Origin: Octopus sinensis
Taxonomy: Eukaryota
DNA: 64,000 bases
Assembly (NCBI RefSeq): GCF_006345805.1
Contig: NC_043002.1
Span: forward strand, 33,108,001-33,172,000
Reading direction: 5' to 3'
The translations under genes and the position numbers were made by a program. The notes under the pieces are model-generated. The model ran no database searches and was not told the origin of the DNA. It worked only from the letters and a program-made list of their open reading frames with translations. Numbering within the stretch: position 1 is the stretch's first letter; the number at the start of each line of letters is the position of its first letter. Shown in pieces: positions 1-12,726 of this stretch.

Positions 1-385
1 AACCATGACCATCACGTCTGTTATTCAAATATCAATTGTATTAAAGACTAAATACACTTATTTTTTAATTAAGACAGTCGTCTGATTTATGCTATATTTG
101 GTTGCTATTTCTAGCAGATTAGATCACCACATACAGGCTCACTTGTTGGCTTCCTGCTGCTGTTGTATTTAAATCTTAGATTTTCCTTCTCACAGCATCG
201 CAGGTCGTTGTTGTGATCTAGATTTAATTACAGAAAATGGGTGGGAATGAAAGCAACCAGCTAAATATTAAACTTACTTTATAAATTTACCCTTCATTTT
301 GTGCCGAGGAAATTATGCAACATGCTTTGCTCTGCTCGTGCATTGATTTAATATACATACATAGATATATGTTTGTGTGAGTGTG

Positions 386-386
<1 letters not shown>

Positions 387-421
<35 letters not shown>
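387..421. repeat. (GA)n microsatellite upstream of the putative first exon
   Basis: Direct reading of a GAGAGA tract. Confidence 0.9.
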
Positions 422-426
<5 letters not shown>

Positions 427-922
427 TTCGGATATTTTTCCTTAAATATAAAGAACGTATATGAAAGTATTTTGTATTCTTATCTGGATTTCGGTCAACA
501 ATCCATCCCGTATGCCAAGTGCGATGGCGCGCGCGTGTGTGTGTGGTGGTGGTGCATTATTGTAATTCGAAGATGCACTGGTCTTCGATCTATTCGGTAG
601 GAGATTCCAATGTATGCTAGGAAGAAAAGAAAAATGCTTATGCATACATTCACGCGAATGTTTATGTGCGTGTATTTTTCTAGTGACTTTGAAGTGTAAG
701 ACTGTTCAATACACAAATCGTATACGTTTTTTTCTTATGATAATTAAATATCACATATTCATACACACACACACATATATATATATATATGTGTGTGTGT
801 GTTATACAGACTCACAAATGTGTTTGCATATTAAATGTTTATACACAGATATAAACAAAGGCGAAATTAGTATGGTAGTTGCTGGATTTTGTGGGGAGAA
901 GAGCCACTTGATTCTAGCCATA

Positions 923-980
923 ATGGGACGAAATAGTGGATATATTTATTATTACCTTACGTTATTAGCTATTCCAACTG
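923..980 (+). CDS. Putative coding exon 1 of FOLR/RfBP-like gene (signal peptide MGRNSGYIYYYLTLLAIPT-G)
   Basis: ATG at 923 (an in-frame upstream ATG is at 872), a hydrophobic stretch YIYYYLTLLAIP and a phase-1 donor ACTG|GTAATA. It joins exon 2 in frame (G+GA=Gly). Assignment is inferred from phase and signal-peptide logic only. Confidence 0.55.
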
Positions 981-1844
981 GTAATAACAGACACCATCGA
1001 CACAGGTCGCTTCGTATAATACATACATACATACATACATTCTATATATATATATATATTATATATATATATATATTATATTATATTATATATACACATA
1101 AATACAAGCGATCATACATGTACGTGCGCACACACACACACAGTTGTCCCTCGGTTTATACAGGGGATAGGTTTCACAAGTCACCGTGTAAATCAATAAA
1201 TAATAACAAATCGAGAGATGTGTTTTTAATGATGTTATTTATTAACACGAAACAAAATACTCTAACAAAATTTTAAATGTAATGTATTGAAATGAGGAGG
1301 ATAATAATTCGATTATCATATATACGTATATGATGGAAAGGAATTGTAAAATTGGGATGCTAGAGAAGTAAAGTAAACAATAGAAACGGAAAGTGAAACT
1401 AACGATAATGATTATTACTATTTCATGTCACCTTAAGGCGGAGAACTGGCAGAATAGTTAGAGCGACCGAAAATGTGCTTTTAGGAATTCTTTTACAGTT
1501 CTTTACGTTCCGAATTCAAATTGTGCCGGTGTCATCTTTGACTTTCGTCCCTCTGAGGTCGATAACATAAAACGCCATGAGTCTATATTATTGACTAACC
1601 GCATCCCTTCTAAATAGCTGTTTTTATGCCTAACACAGAGACAGTAGTTGTTTCAAGTCACTTGTTTTTCAATACACATTAATGGTGATGGTATGTGAAA
1701 TAACGAATATTTTTAATGTACTCGAAATTTCATGGACCTATTGATTTGATGTAAAGTTAAAACAAAAATAATCGACCATATAGTGAAATCGTGTACCAAC
1801 AGTATGTATGTATGTATGTATTATGTATGTATGTATGTATGTAT

Positions 1845-2175
1845 GTAAAAGAATACAAAAAATGGGACAAGAATGCAAAACATCCAGGCAGTTAGATGAT
1901 ACAAAAGAGGGACAAGAAAAAACAAGGACAGGTCATTCGGAGTTTTCTTTCTTCAATTGAGTTCCAGATTATCTTTGCAGTTTTGGCTGGTTATACTCGA
2001 GACTGCTCCAATCTGGCCAGCCCAAAGGAAAATCTAAGTTAAGAACACTAGATTCTTTGGAAGAAAGCAGCGAATATATATACGAAAACAAAGACGAAAA
2101 GAAAAAAAAGAGAAATGGTACACAAATACAAATACAAACAACAGGACATTTACAACAGGTGTCTTTCGACTAAGG
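1845..2175 (-). mobile_element. Non-autonomous repeat, probably Penelope-derived (second copy in opposite orientation at about 14605-14900)
   Basis: The reverse complement matches 14605-14900 (agtcgaaagacacctgttg...gcagtctcgagt.taacca.ccgaaa...ctccgaatgacctgtcc). A short related piece is at about 54845-54910. Confidence 0.6.
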
Positions 2176-2357
2176 ACAAATTAAATTAACCTGGCGTGTG
2201 TGAAAGTGAAGCCTTACGGCAGGGACATAAGAGATGACAGGCATAGGAAATCAACAACCTGTAGTTAGAGCTCAATATGCATATATGCTTCGGAAGGAAG
2301 TGTCAGTCAAGTAGAGTGCAATAATTTACGTAAATAACAAATGTAATAAACATCATT

Positions 2358-2439
2358 AGCTTAGAGATGTTTCTGCTTTAAGATGCAATGCACTCATAGG
2401 CTGAATGCTTGTGTATCATCTTATAGCTTCATCAGAGCT
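2358..2439 (-). ncRNA. Degenerate type I hammerhead ribozyme motif
   Basis: Minus strand reads agct-CTGATGA-AGCTATAAGATG...CATCTTAAAGCA-GAAAC-ATCTCTA-AGCT. Stem II is long and paired and stem I is AGCT/AGCT, but stem III and pair 10.1-11.1 are mutated. A truncated copy of the same family is at about 21845-21898. Confidence 0.55.
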
Positions 2440-3579
2440 TAGTGTGTTACCCATCATACACAGGAAGTATACTTTTCCATTTTGGGTAATATCAGAAAAT
2501 ATTCATTCATACATACATATAATAATTCTAAATTAAACTTTTATTAGATATCTTATTGCTTATACAGATTGACGAAATGAATGCATATTTTCAATAGAAA
2601 AATATTTATTATTGTTTACAATTAAATAAACCAAATTTTCATTTGCATAACTCCTCCCATAGATATTGTAATTTACTCCCTCCCTGCTTTCTCCTCCTCC
2701 TCTGTCTTTATGATTCTTTCTCTTTCACTGTGTGTGTAGAAGTTTTTTTACACATTGTGTGCCACCAAGCCTGGTATATGCACTCATCCTGCACCCCTTA
2801 TATTAACTCTTCCAGTAACTTTCTTTTACTATCTCTGCTCTTTTCTCTATACAGTATATACTATGACTGGAGGAATCAACCAAACAACCTACAATTTATA
2901 TCAGCTATGACATGTGCATATACATGCATGCATGTACAAGCATGCATGCATGTATGTGTGTGTGTGGCAGGAACATGTTTATTATTTTAAGCCGGTTTAA
3001 GAATGTCAGGGAAAATTTATGACGTGTTAACTAAACTGAAAGTAGAGTTGACTTAGAACACAACCTTTTAGTAAAATTTGAAATCCCAGTCAATTTGGTT
3101 GGCCTGAGGCTATAGTAGAAGACAATTGCCTTTATATATATATAAAGGCAACAAGCTGTCAGAATCAAAAGCACACCAGACATAATGCTTAGCAGCATTT
3201 TGTCCATTTTTATGGTCTGAGTTCAAATTCTGCCAAGGTTGACATTGTCTCTCATCCTTTCAGTGTTGATAAATTAAGTACCAGTTGAGCACTGGGGTCA
3301 GTGTAATCAACCTAGGGAGGATGAGGATCTTAGACCTCAATTTCGTTTCTCTTTTTTTTTGTTCTTGTTCCAGTTTTAGCACCAACCTTCTTCACGTTTT
3401 TTCCATAATTTTCTTACTTTCTTGCTGTCCAGCAACCTTTTTTTTTTTTAATACATATAATGCATAAACAGATCCTGAAAGATTTCCTTAAGATAAATAG
3501 TGTATTTCATAAATATGCCTGTTCAAGTATCATACACCAAAGCCACCATGGAAGGCAGACATTAAGCGCTGATGATGAT

Positions 3580-3618
<39 letters not shown>

Positions 3619-4077
3619 CAGATATGTACTTGCATAGCATGTGACCTGATCTGAGATTGTGTGCTGAAACAAAAACAGTTGTAGCATGGAAGGTGTTTAT
3701 AAGCCATTTAAAAACAAACAAAAACCATTAAATTCACTTCAACATTTAAATTTAATTTGTCAAAATATTTTTGTCGCTTTGAGACTGCAACCTGTTCGGT
3801 ACCAAAATTCCATGCTGCGTCTCTGTGTTTATATATATATATACACACACATATATAAATTTGTAGTGCAACAGATGGATCCATAGAATCTTGTGGCAAT
3901 CATAAGCTCTTTTAGTGGACCAGGCTATCATATCATATAGTAATCTAATATGGAGAAATATATGAAATATATGGCAGAGTTCTACACAGCTAAAATCCAA
4001 AAGATCCTGTTGATGAAATTGTTTCAGGAAGAGTATATATACTATAAAACATCAGTAAGTATGAGAAGTGGTCATTG

Positions 4078-4290
4078 CCAGTACCGCCTGACTGGCCTCC
4101 ATGCCAGTGGCACGTAAAAAGCACCCACTACACTCTCGGAGTGGTTGGCATTAGGTAAGGGCATCTAGCTGTAGAAACTCTTCCAAATCAAGATTGGAGC
4201 CTTGTGCAGCCATCTAGTTCGCCAGCCCTCAGTCAAATCATCCAACCCATGCTAGCATGTAAAGCGGACGTTAAATGATGATGATGAACC
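4078..4290 (+). mobile_element. SINE-like/RTE-tail repeat family (aagcacccactacactctcggagtggttggcgttaggaagggcatcc...gacgttaaa(tga)n)
   Basis: The same motif recurs at about 13830-14060(+), 16140-16480(-), 17650-18380(+), 22020-22620(-), 22850-23230(-), 30885-31060(+), 31960-32120(-), 34210-34395(+), 60730-61020(-), 61090-61265(-) and 63340-63820(+). Copies end in (TGA)n. Confidence 0.85.
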
Positions 4291-5085
4291 ACATAGCATT
4301 TCAACTATTTCACAGCTTTCATAATGTAATAATTTCAGTGTATAATAAATTATCCTATGTCTGCACCAATATGCATGCTACATGTTGTGCAGTACAATTG
4401 TACATTAACAAGTCAATGCAGATATAGAAGGCTCGCTCTTCAGATCACCAGAACATCGTGGTTACACCAATACAAAACAGTTGTAATCCTACAGATATCA
4501 AGTGGTTGAATAAATATATTCACTTCTCATGCCTCTTGACTTTTTATGGTGTATATGTGATGTGACTGTGTGGTAAGAAGTTTGCTTCCCAAGCACATGG
4601 TTCCAGGTTCAGTCCTATTGTGTGGCACCTTGGGCAAGTGTCTTCTACTATAGCCTCAGGCCAACCAAAGCCTTGTGAGTGGATTTGATGGGCAGAAACT
4701 GAAGGAAGCCTGTTATATATAGATATGTATATATATATATATATTTAAAAAATTAAAACAAGTTATCATTATCTATAAAAATAATGATAAAGTGGCCAGC
4801 AAATATTATTCAAATAAGGAAAATTTATAAAAAGTCAAAGTACGATAAGTTCCTGTTGGTTTGAAAGAGGAGTTAAAATCTTCCAAAACCACTTATCTCT
4901 CACTAAATATAAACACACACAGAGAATATAGCAAACATATTTCTCCAAAACAGTCTTCCTATTTGTAAATACAAATAAAATCATAGTCATTGATTTCACC
5001 TTCTGTGTTAAACCAACACTTAAGGCTCATCAGCCTGACTTACTATATAAGCTATTTCAAAAAACATATTTACCTCTCCGTGCAG

Positions 5086-5127
5086 GATGTTCAACTGAAG
5101 GCCCCTGCAACTTTCAACCAAACGTTA
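5086..5127 (+). CDS. Putative 42-nt symmetric (phase 1-1) exon 2 of FOLR/RfBP-like gene (GCSTEGPCNFQPNV)
   Basis: Acceptor tttacctctccgtgcag| and donor GTTA|GTGAGC. Open in the frame linking exon 1 to exon 3, and supplies the N-terminal Cys expected before the R-x-P-x-PQ segment. Confidence 0.6.
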
Positions 5128-5339
5128 GTGAGCAAGTATAAATTTTAAAAACTCAAGCAAGTTATTATCTATAAAAATAATGATAAAGTGGCCAAATGTC
5201 TATTATCTTATTTGTATTCTCCGTACGTGTTTACATTTAGTGAGTGATGAGTGGTTTTGGAAGATTTTAACAGGTACTTATCATACCTTGACATTTTGTC
5301 ATAAATTATTATAAATTTTGTGTGTGTATATATATATAT

Positions 5340-5604
5340 ATCACGTGATCACGTGACCAACCAGACCATCAGATGTTGTTACACATCGCTAGTCACAATG
5401 CGTTCGCATTGTTTTAGCCTTTGAATGACGCCACCCCGCAGGCCAACAGAAGAAAGAGTAGGAGAAAGTGTGGTGAAAGAGTACAGCAGGGATCACCACC
5501 CTCTGCCGGAGCCTCGTGGAGCTTTTTAGGTGTTATTGCCTCAATAAACACTCACAACGCCCGGTCTGGGAATCGAAACCGCGATCCTACGACCGCTCCC
5601 CTAA
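5340..5604 (-). mobile_element. tRNA-derived SINE (head ggcgcaatggcccagtggttagg...ggtttcgattcc)
   Basis: Box A- and box B-like head on the minus strand; a homologous copy is on + at about 29368-29670. Confidence 0.8.
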
Positions 5605-5622
5605 CCACTGGGCCATTGCGCC

Positions 5623-5716
<94 letters not shown>

Positions 5717-5767
5717 ATCATATAATATAAATATATAATATAATAACATTGATGATCGAAGGATTCA

Positions 5768-5845
5768 GCGGTACATATGTTTCGGGCCTTTATTAGACAG
5801 ATTTATAACAATGCATAATGTATGTCTGTGGCCTTCTTCAGCCGC
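5768..5845 (-). ncRNA. Minimal type I hammerhead ribozyme (left arm of the fold-back)
   Basis: Minus strand reads GCGG-CTGAAGA-AGGCC...GGCCC-GAAA-CATATG-TA|CCGC, with an intact core, palindromic stem III ACATATGT and a GUA cleavage triplet. Confidence 0.75.
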
Positions 5846-6931
5846 GCACAACAGCTTCCACAAGGACATGTGTTAATCAAAAGTTCTTGGTTGGGGATGC
5901 AAATCCTCTCATTCACGTACGACATAATGCGGCAGCAGCATAGAGTTGAAGCGTCCATCTCTTTCTTCTCTCAATGTAGAATGAGGAAAATTGGATGTTG
6001 AGGTAATGTAAATAAATAATACATATATAGAGGTGAAGATGGAGGGGCGAGAGTTCGGACGAGGGATAAAAAATGTATAAAATGTGTAAGTGTAGAATAA
6101 TATAAAAATGTAGAGGATAAAGGGTTGTAAGGAGATGTAAAGGGGGTATAAAGAAATATAAAGTAAAAATAGAAATAGAAATAAAAGTAAAAAAAACCTG
6201 ATAAAAACATGATAAAAGTGTAAAAGAATGTAAAGATAAGGGATGTATAGAGGTTATGGACCAAGCATGGTGGTCAGGAGATTGATAAAATTTAGTTGTA
6301 GATTGTCAGTACATCAACAGTTTCGTCTGGGACTTAATGCGTTGTAAATCAGAGCTGATGAGCATTTAATCTGGTTCCTTGAATTAATGGACTTCTAGTA
6401 CATACATATATATAAATGCTCATCAGCTCTGATTTACAACGCATTAAGTCCCAGACGAAACTGTTGATGTACTGACAATTCTACAACTAAATTTTATCAA
6501 TCTCCTGACCACATGCTTGGTCCATAACCTCTATACATCCCTTATCTTTACATTCTTTTACACTTTTATCATGTTTTATCAGGTTTTTTTACTTTATTCT
6601 ATTTCTATTTTTACTTATATTTCTTTATACCCCCTTTACATCTCCTTACAACCCTTTATCCTCTACATTTTTATATTATTCTATACTTACACTTTTTATA
6701 CATTTTTTATCCCTCGTCCCGAACTCTCGCCCCTCCATCTTCACCTCTATATATGTATATTTATTTACATTACCTCAACATCCAATTTTCCTCATTCTAC
6801 ATTGAGAGAAGAAAGAGATGGACGCTTCAACTCTATGCTGCTGCCGCATTATGTCGTACGTGAATGAGAGGATTTGCATCCCCAACCAAGAACTTTTGAT
6901 GTAACACATGTCCTTGTGGAAGCTGTTGTGC

Positions 6932-7009
6932 GCGGCTGAAGAGGGCCACAGACATACATTATGCATTGTTATAAATCTGTCTAATAAAGGCCCGAAACAT
7001 ATGTACCGT
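6932..7009 (+). ncRNA. Minimal type I hammerhead ribozyme (right arm; sense to the host gene)
   Basis: Reads GCGG-CTGAAGA-GGGCC...GGCCC-GAAA-CATATG-TA|CCGT, with a perfect 5-bp stem II base, palindromic stem III and predicted cleavage after A7005. Confidence 0.8.
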
Positions 7010-7116
7010 TGAATCCTTCGCATCATGTTTTTATTTTATTTTGATCAATTTACTCCACCACCTACACCACCAAACGGTATACACAGGTGCTTATAATTAT
7101 CAAGTACTCACCCCGA

Positions 7117-7199
<83 letters not shown>

Positions 7200-7206
7200 A
7201 TATATA

Positions 7207-8138
7207 CCGTAAATCCTTGAGTATAATCCACATTTTCTTCCCTAAAATTTAATGGTCAAAATCCCTAGTGCATACTATATATGAGGTTAAAAATGAAAAA
7301 TACTTTCTAAGCAATGTCCGAGTCTCTATTTGCTGTCCGGCAATGTTTATTCAAATGTATTTTGTGATGTTGGGCACAAAAATACCTTAAGCTAAGCCTG
7401 AAAGCAACGAAGTCAGAAAAGAATCATCCATAACTTGCAGTAAGCAGCATTTATTGAAATAAAAGTATTCAGAACACAGAATAACATGTAACAAAAACAA
7501 TTTGCAAACATATTTACATTCCCATTTAACAATTGAGAACATCACCATTATTGTATTACGCATGCGCGGAAGCGTTTGTTCGACTTGGTGCTGCTGGCTT
7601 AATTATGCACGAATTGTGCTTAATAGTTTAGTGCTAAATAGTTCATCCTGCTGTTTGTATTGGCAGTCTGCATCATTACCGTGGGAAACAATAGAACTTA
7701 ATTAAATACCAGTATTAAATGTTTGAACTACTGTGGGTCTTTACTAGGGTTTTTTATAAGCGGGACTTAAACCTGTACATTAATCTCCAATAAAACATTT
7801 TATACATTACATGCCCATAAAATGCCACATAGATCTTATTCAGCTATGTTTAAACATGAAGTTATATCATATGCTGAAGAGCATGGTAATAGGGCCGCCG
7901 GAAGTAAATTTGATGTTGACGAAAGCAATGTCAGGTTATGGAGAAGAAATAAAGATGAAATTAAACAGATACCAAAGATAAAGAAGGCAATAATAAAGGA
8001 CGTTACCGTATACAATTTTACAATATAGCCCTCCTTGACTTAAGTTAGAGAAGGGGTGCGTATTATACGCAAGGTTTAGGTTTTTCAGAGGTACAGCCCC
8101 CTAAAAATCCCCTGCGTATTATACTCGAAGAGTTACGG
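7207..8138 (+). mobile_element. Internally deleted pogo-family (POGK-like) DNA transposon retaining a Brinker-type DNA-binding-domain fragment
   Basis: Imperfect TIRs CCGTAAATCCTTGAGTATAA / TTATACTCGAAGAGTTACGG with TA on the left. ORF 7822-8028 (RSYSAMFKHEVISYAEEHGNRAAGSKFDVDESNVRLWRRNK) resembles BrkDBD. A second, 5'-only copy is at about 59673-60016. Confidence 0.8.
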
Positions 8139-10169
8139 TGTATATATATATATATATATAATGCATGGCCACAGCTCTTGAGTTGAAACTAGATGAAAAC
8201 AAATATATATATATATTCAATTAGAGGTTATGTTAGCCTCATGAAGGAATGGTGTCATCCAAGGAAATACTGGTTCATTACCTATCTTATCTCCAACCAA
8301 TCTGCAAACCCCTTGCCCGAACACATAGAAATACAAAAAAAATAAACAAGATCATTCAGTCTGCTATGGTAAATCCATAAACACATATATAAAACATCCA
8401 AAGGTATATTTTTTTTCCCTCTGAGATATTAAGCTCAGGGCATATGAATTTAGAATTTGATTAATTCACTGAGTATTAATTGAAACAGCTGTAAGAGATG
8501 ATGATTGATTTGTTGTGAATATTAAGCAATTATTAACTTCCCAATCTCCATTTTCTTTTTCTTTCATTTATATATGTGTGTGTGTGTCTGCCTGCCATCA
8601 CTTAACAAATGATGCTGGTGTGTTTATGTCCCCATAACTTAGTGGTTCAGCAAAAGAAACCAATAAAACAAGCACTAGACTTACAAAGTGTAAGTCCTGG
8701 GGTTGATTTCTTTGACTAAAACCCTTTAAGGCAGTGCTCCAGCATGGCCACAGTCAAATGACTGAAACCAGTAAAAGAATGGGAGCACATGTCCCTGAAG
8801 AAGAGATAATAGCCCTGAAATATAGAAATATAAGGCACCATCCTCAGTCACACCAAAGCATGGTACATCGTGAATCACGAGATGAGTGATGGGTATGCAC
8901 AAAAGGCAAAGGTAACAGAGTGCTATATATGACAAGACCAGCAACAAAGCAAGAGGAAGATTGTGCAATGTGTGGTAATCTGAAAAGAGGAAACCATTAC
9001 CATTGTTAGTCATGCCAAGAGCATAATATTGTGCTGGTGGTATATATGTGGAGGGAGTTAGTGAAAGATGAGTAATAGGAGCATGGATGCAGAAAGCAAG
9101 AGAGATTAAGGCATGGGTGAAAGGGAAGTGTGTGACAGTTGTATGGGCAACAGAAAGATGAGTGGCAGAGACGTGTGATGGGAGGGGCAAGAAATAGAGA
9201 AGCGAGTAATATGGGTGTTAGAAAGGTATGAGGTTATCAAAGAAGTCAATGATCTAGATGAGTTAGTAAGCAGATATGCATATATATGCCTAGTCGTACA
9301 TGCCTGCCTGTACATATGTAATCTACTGACTTTAAAATTATGCTATATGTACAATATACATAACATTATTTTAAGGTCAGTATTGCTATGCCTGGCAAGG
9401 CAAACAAGTCTTCTCCTATATCTTCAGGTCAGTACAGTCCTTTGTCATTTCTTTCTTGAAGTTTAACAACTTTGGACCAGTCTTCACTAGTTTGTCTTAC
9501 TCAGTCTCATAACATGACTTTATACAACTGTGCTCCCTCATATGCATCAAATGCTCATACCAATAAACTGCACCTAATTCCCATTAAATTCAGTTTTTCT
9601 CTTACCTCAGTTGTGCTCTGTAATTCATACACACTTGTGTTGTTGCGTTAAGGAATAATTTATAAGCATTTTTTTTAATGCACACAGAAATAAAATGCAT
9701 TGGCAAAATGTTTTGTTATTTGAAAGAGAATTTTTTGCTCTACAAGACAGAATGTTTTGATATTTTAATTTTATTGATTTTTGTGAATGTACCACCCAAC
9801 ATATGCTACTGTTTAGTAATGTCAGAATAAGAGTTATCAAACTAAGACAAAAATCATTCTGGAGAAGGAAGGTATAGAATCTGCTAAATGTTTGTTCAGG
9901 GTAATTCTAAATAACATGAATGATGAAAAGGGGAATGGAATTGAGACTTACAACTTAGAGAACAGCTGACAACTTCTTCAAACCAAAATTACAGACCAAA
10001 TCTGTTAATAGAGCCAAACATCGGCTAGATGAACAGTAATATATGGTAGAATACCACCATGGAGAACCATAAAAGCTAAAAGATAGACCTGGAAAGAAGC
10101 AGCAAAGAACAGTATTATGTTGCTTGAAGAGAGGCTAAACGTGTTTAGAACATGAAAAGAAGCTGAAAG

Positions 10170-11426
10170 TATCAGGTCATTAGAGGTGGAATGTTCAATT
10201 TTCTTATATACGAAGTTTGACAGTCATTAACTCTTATGTTTTATCCTAACAATTCTTTGTTTTGTAGCATTGAAGATTTACATCATCACTTTTCGAAATG
10301 CAGTTCTTGGTGTTTAATTATATTGTGAGTTTTCTCTGGGAAATCAATTTTTGCAAACCCATGAATAGATAAAAAATTCATGTTGTTTATGAATATGAGT
10401 TCCATCGTGGAATCAATGCATCCAAGACAGCTCGAAACCTCAATGAAGTGTTTGGTGCAGATATGGCAAATGAGTGCACTGTATGTCAAGGGCTTGAGAA
10501 GTTCCAGTCTAATGACTTTACTTTTGAAAATCAACCCCATGGTAGACCTGAGACCAAGGTGGATAATAATGAGCTGGAAACTGTTGTGGAAGCAGATACA
10601 TCTCAAACTATGCATGAGTTAGCAGAAAGGTTTCATGTTTCAATTCCAACTGTATTGGACCATCTGAAACAAACTGGCAAGATAAAGAAGCTGGACAAGT
10701 GGGTACCACAAGAACTGAACAAGCATTAAATGATATGTCATCTTAAAACTTGCTGTTCTTTGCTGTCATGGCATAAAAGTGAACCATTTTTGCATAATAT
10801 TGTTACATGTGATGAAGAATGGATTCTAATTAACAATAGCAAGCATTCTGTACAGCGGTTGGATAGAGACAAAGTGCCAAAAACACAATCCGAAAAAGAA
10901 TATTCACCAAAACAGCTAACGGTGTCTATTTGGTGGTCCAGCACTGATGCCATCCACTACAGATTCATGAAACCTGGTAAGTCAATTACAGTGGATGTGT
11001 ACATCAACCAATTGGATGAAATGATGACTGAAATAGAGACAGGCTAATTCTCTTGCAAGACAATGTTCGTTAACATGTTGCACAAAGAACACTATTCAAG
11101 TTACAGGAACTGAACTTGGAAGTACTCTGTCGTTTACCATATTCACCAGACATTGCACCAACTGACTATCATGTTTTCCAGACATTAGACAACCTTTTGC
11201 AAGGTAAAAACTTTAAATCTGAAGCAGATGCAAAAACAGCCTTTCGTGATTTCATCACCTCTTGTTCTCCAGGATTTTTCACTGACAGCATAAATAAGCT
11301 ACCAATAAAATGGCAAAATTGTGTTGATGATTTAGTTGTGTGCTTTGATTAACTGCATTGCTTTTTGTTGAGATAAAGTATAACTTTCAGTTCAACATCA
11401 GACATTTCATTCTTAATGGCCTGATA
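10170..11426 (+). mobile_element. Full-length decayed mariner transposon (transposase pseudogene)
   Basis: TA-flanked TIRs (TATCAGGTCATTAGAGG.GGAATGT / ACATTTCATTCTTAATGGCCTGATA). Broken transposase frames contain WVPQEL, IVTCDEEW and PYSPDIAPTDYHVF, with stops and frameshifts. Confidence 0.92.
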
Positions 11427-11849
11427 GATTTGCCAGTATTTGGCACTAAGAGGATCAGAGGCATGTGATATTCTGGATTGTAAAGCAGTGTCAGAGTGAA
11501 CTAAGATGTTTTGTTTAGTAAAATGGAGTTTGGAATGACAGTAGCACTTTCCATAACTTAATAAAGAAATAGGCCTGGAGATATTACTGTAAGAGGTTTT
11601 TGAATGTGGAAAATGTGTGGTTGAAGAGGATCTATTTGAAGAATACCCACATAGCTATGTGGTAACAGTTATTATGGTTATGAAGTCAGAAAAAATAAGA
11701 CTCAAGTTAATCTCTTGTGTAGAAAACCAATTAAGAACAGGTGGTGTATTATAAACAACAACTACAAAATCAAAGATGCTTTAGAAAGAAGCTAGTACAG
11801 AGATATCAAAGTGATGGGCCAATTTACAAAAGTAATGGAATGAGTGTAA

Positions 11850-12480
11850 GAATTATTGATTAGGGAAAACCTTTTTAGATGAGATTCTGTTCAGTGTTGT
11901 CTCACCGATGCTCTTGTGTATTTATACTGTTGAAGAAAAGAAGACTGTCATGGCTCCATTGGAAGATATTTGCATGGGGTCAGTGCAGGTTTGTTGTGCA
12001 GTGTCGCAATTGCTTGTGGACTACACTTGCTTCTGACTGTTGGGGAATAATGAAGAGTGGTGTCAGCTGCTTTGGAGTGGATGTTGTTGAAGGTGATGGC
12101 AAATGGGTTCTTGATGTAGAATGAAGAAGAGTGAAGAGAAGTCTTATGGTCAAGACTGAACTCTGGTGCACAAGAGTTGATAGAGAGAATAAGTTCTCTT
12201 AGCTTGTACCATGATATGACCATCTGATTGGAATTTGATCACAGATCTGCTGGAAAAGGGTGACTCTGATACTAAACAATAACACCAAAAAATAGTCCAT
12301 TTCCTTGTAATCCTATAAGGCTCAGGCTTTCTTAAGCAAATGCTAATTGCTCCAGCTGTATCCAATAACCCTGAGAGGTTCCTCAAAAAGCTATAGATAA
12401 AATTTCACTTCCTTAGAGACAATGCTATTACATACATACTCCTGATATTATCAGTATTAACCTCGATAAATGTATAGTCC
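11850..12480 (-). mobile_element. Possible highly decayed LINE ORF2 linker fragment (L2/CR1-like)
   Basis: Minus-strand peptide LSGLLDTAGAISICLRKPEPYRIT loosely resembles the 'lD.haP.k....r....PW.t' linker. Support is weak. Confidence 0.3.
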
Positions 12481-12726
12481 TTGTTTTCTTGCATAACCTT
12501 AATTCGAAAAATAGTGAAACAACTAAAAGAAATAAAAATCGTCAACTTTGCTTAACAATTCTGGAATGTTTCTTGTATTATGATGAAGAAGGAATCGTTG
12601 AAAAGCTTGCAATCTATAGATACGTCTATGTGATCTTGGTTCATTTTATCGCTGTCCCCCAAGTTTGTGCCTAGGTGGGAGACTTTATATCATATCTCTT
12701 TATATGTATGTATGTATATATATGTG

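Larger units (their letters stand above)
5745..7029. repeat. Long fold-back inverted repeat (arms about 5745-6368 and 6413-7029, 44-nt spacer), Penelope pLTR-like
   Basis: The arms are reverse complements with only scattered substitutions and 1-nt indels. Each arm carries a hammerhead motif at its outer end. Confidence 0.95.

Noticed and set aside
2643-2990. 115-aa hydrophobic ORF with a possible acceptor at about 2665 (RYCNLLPPCFLLLL...)
   Set aside because: No suitable donor, its phase is not compatible with exon 1, and the sequence is low-complexity pyrimidine-rich.
9820-10165. Possible RTE 3'-end remnant
   Set aside because: Too decayed to show a diagnostic motif.
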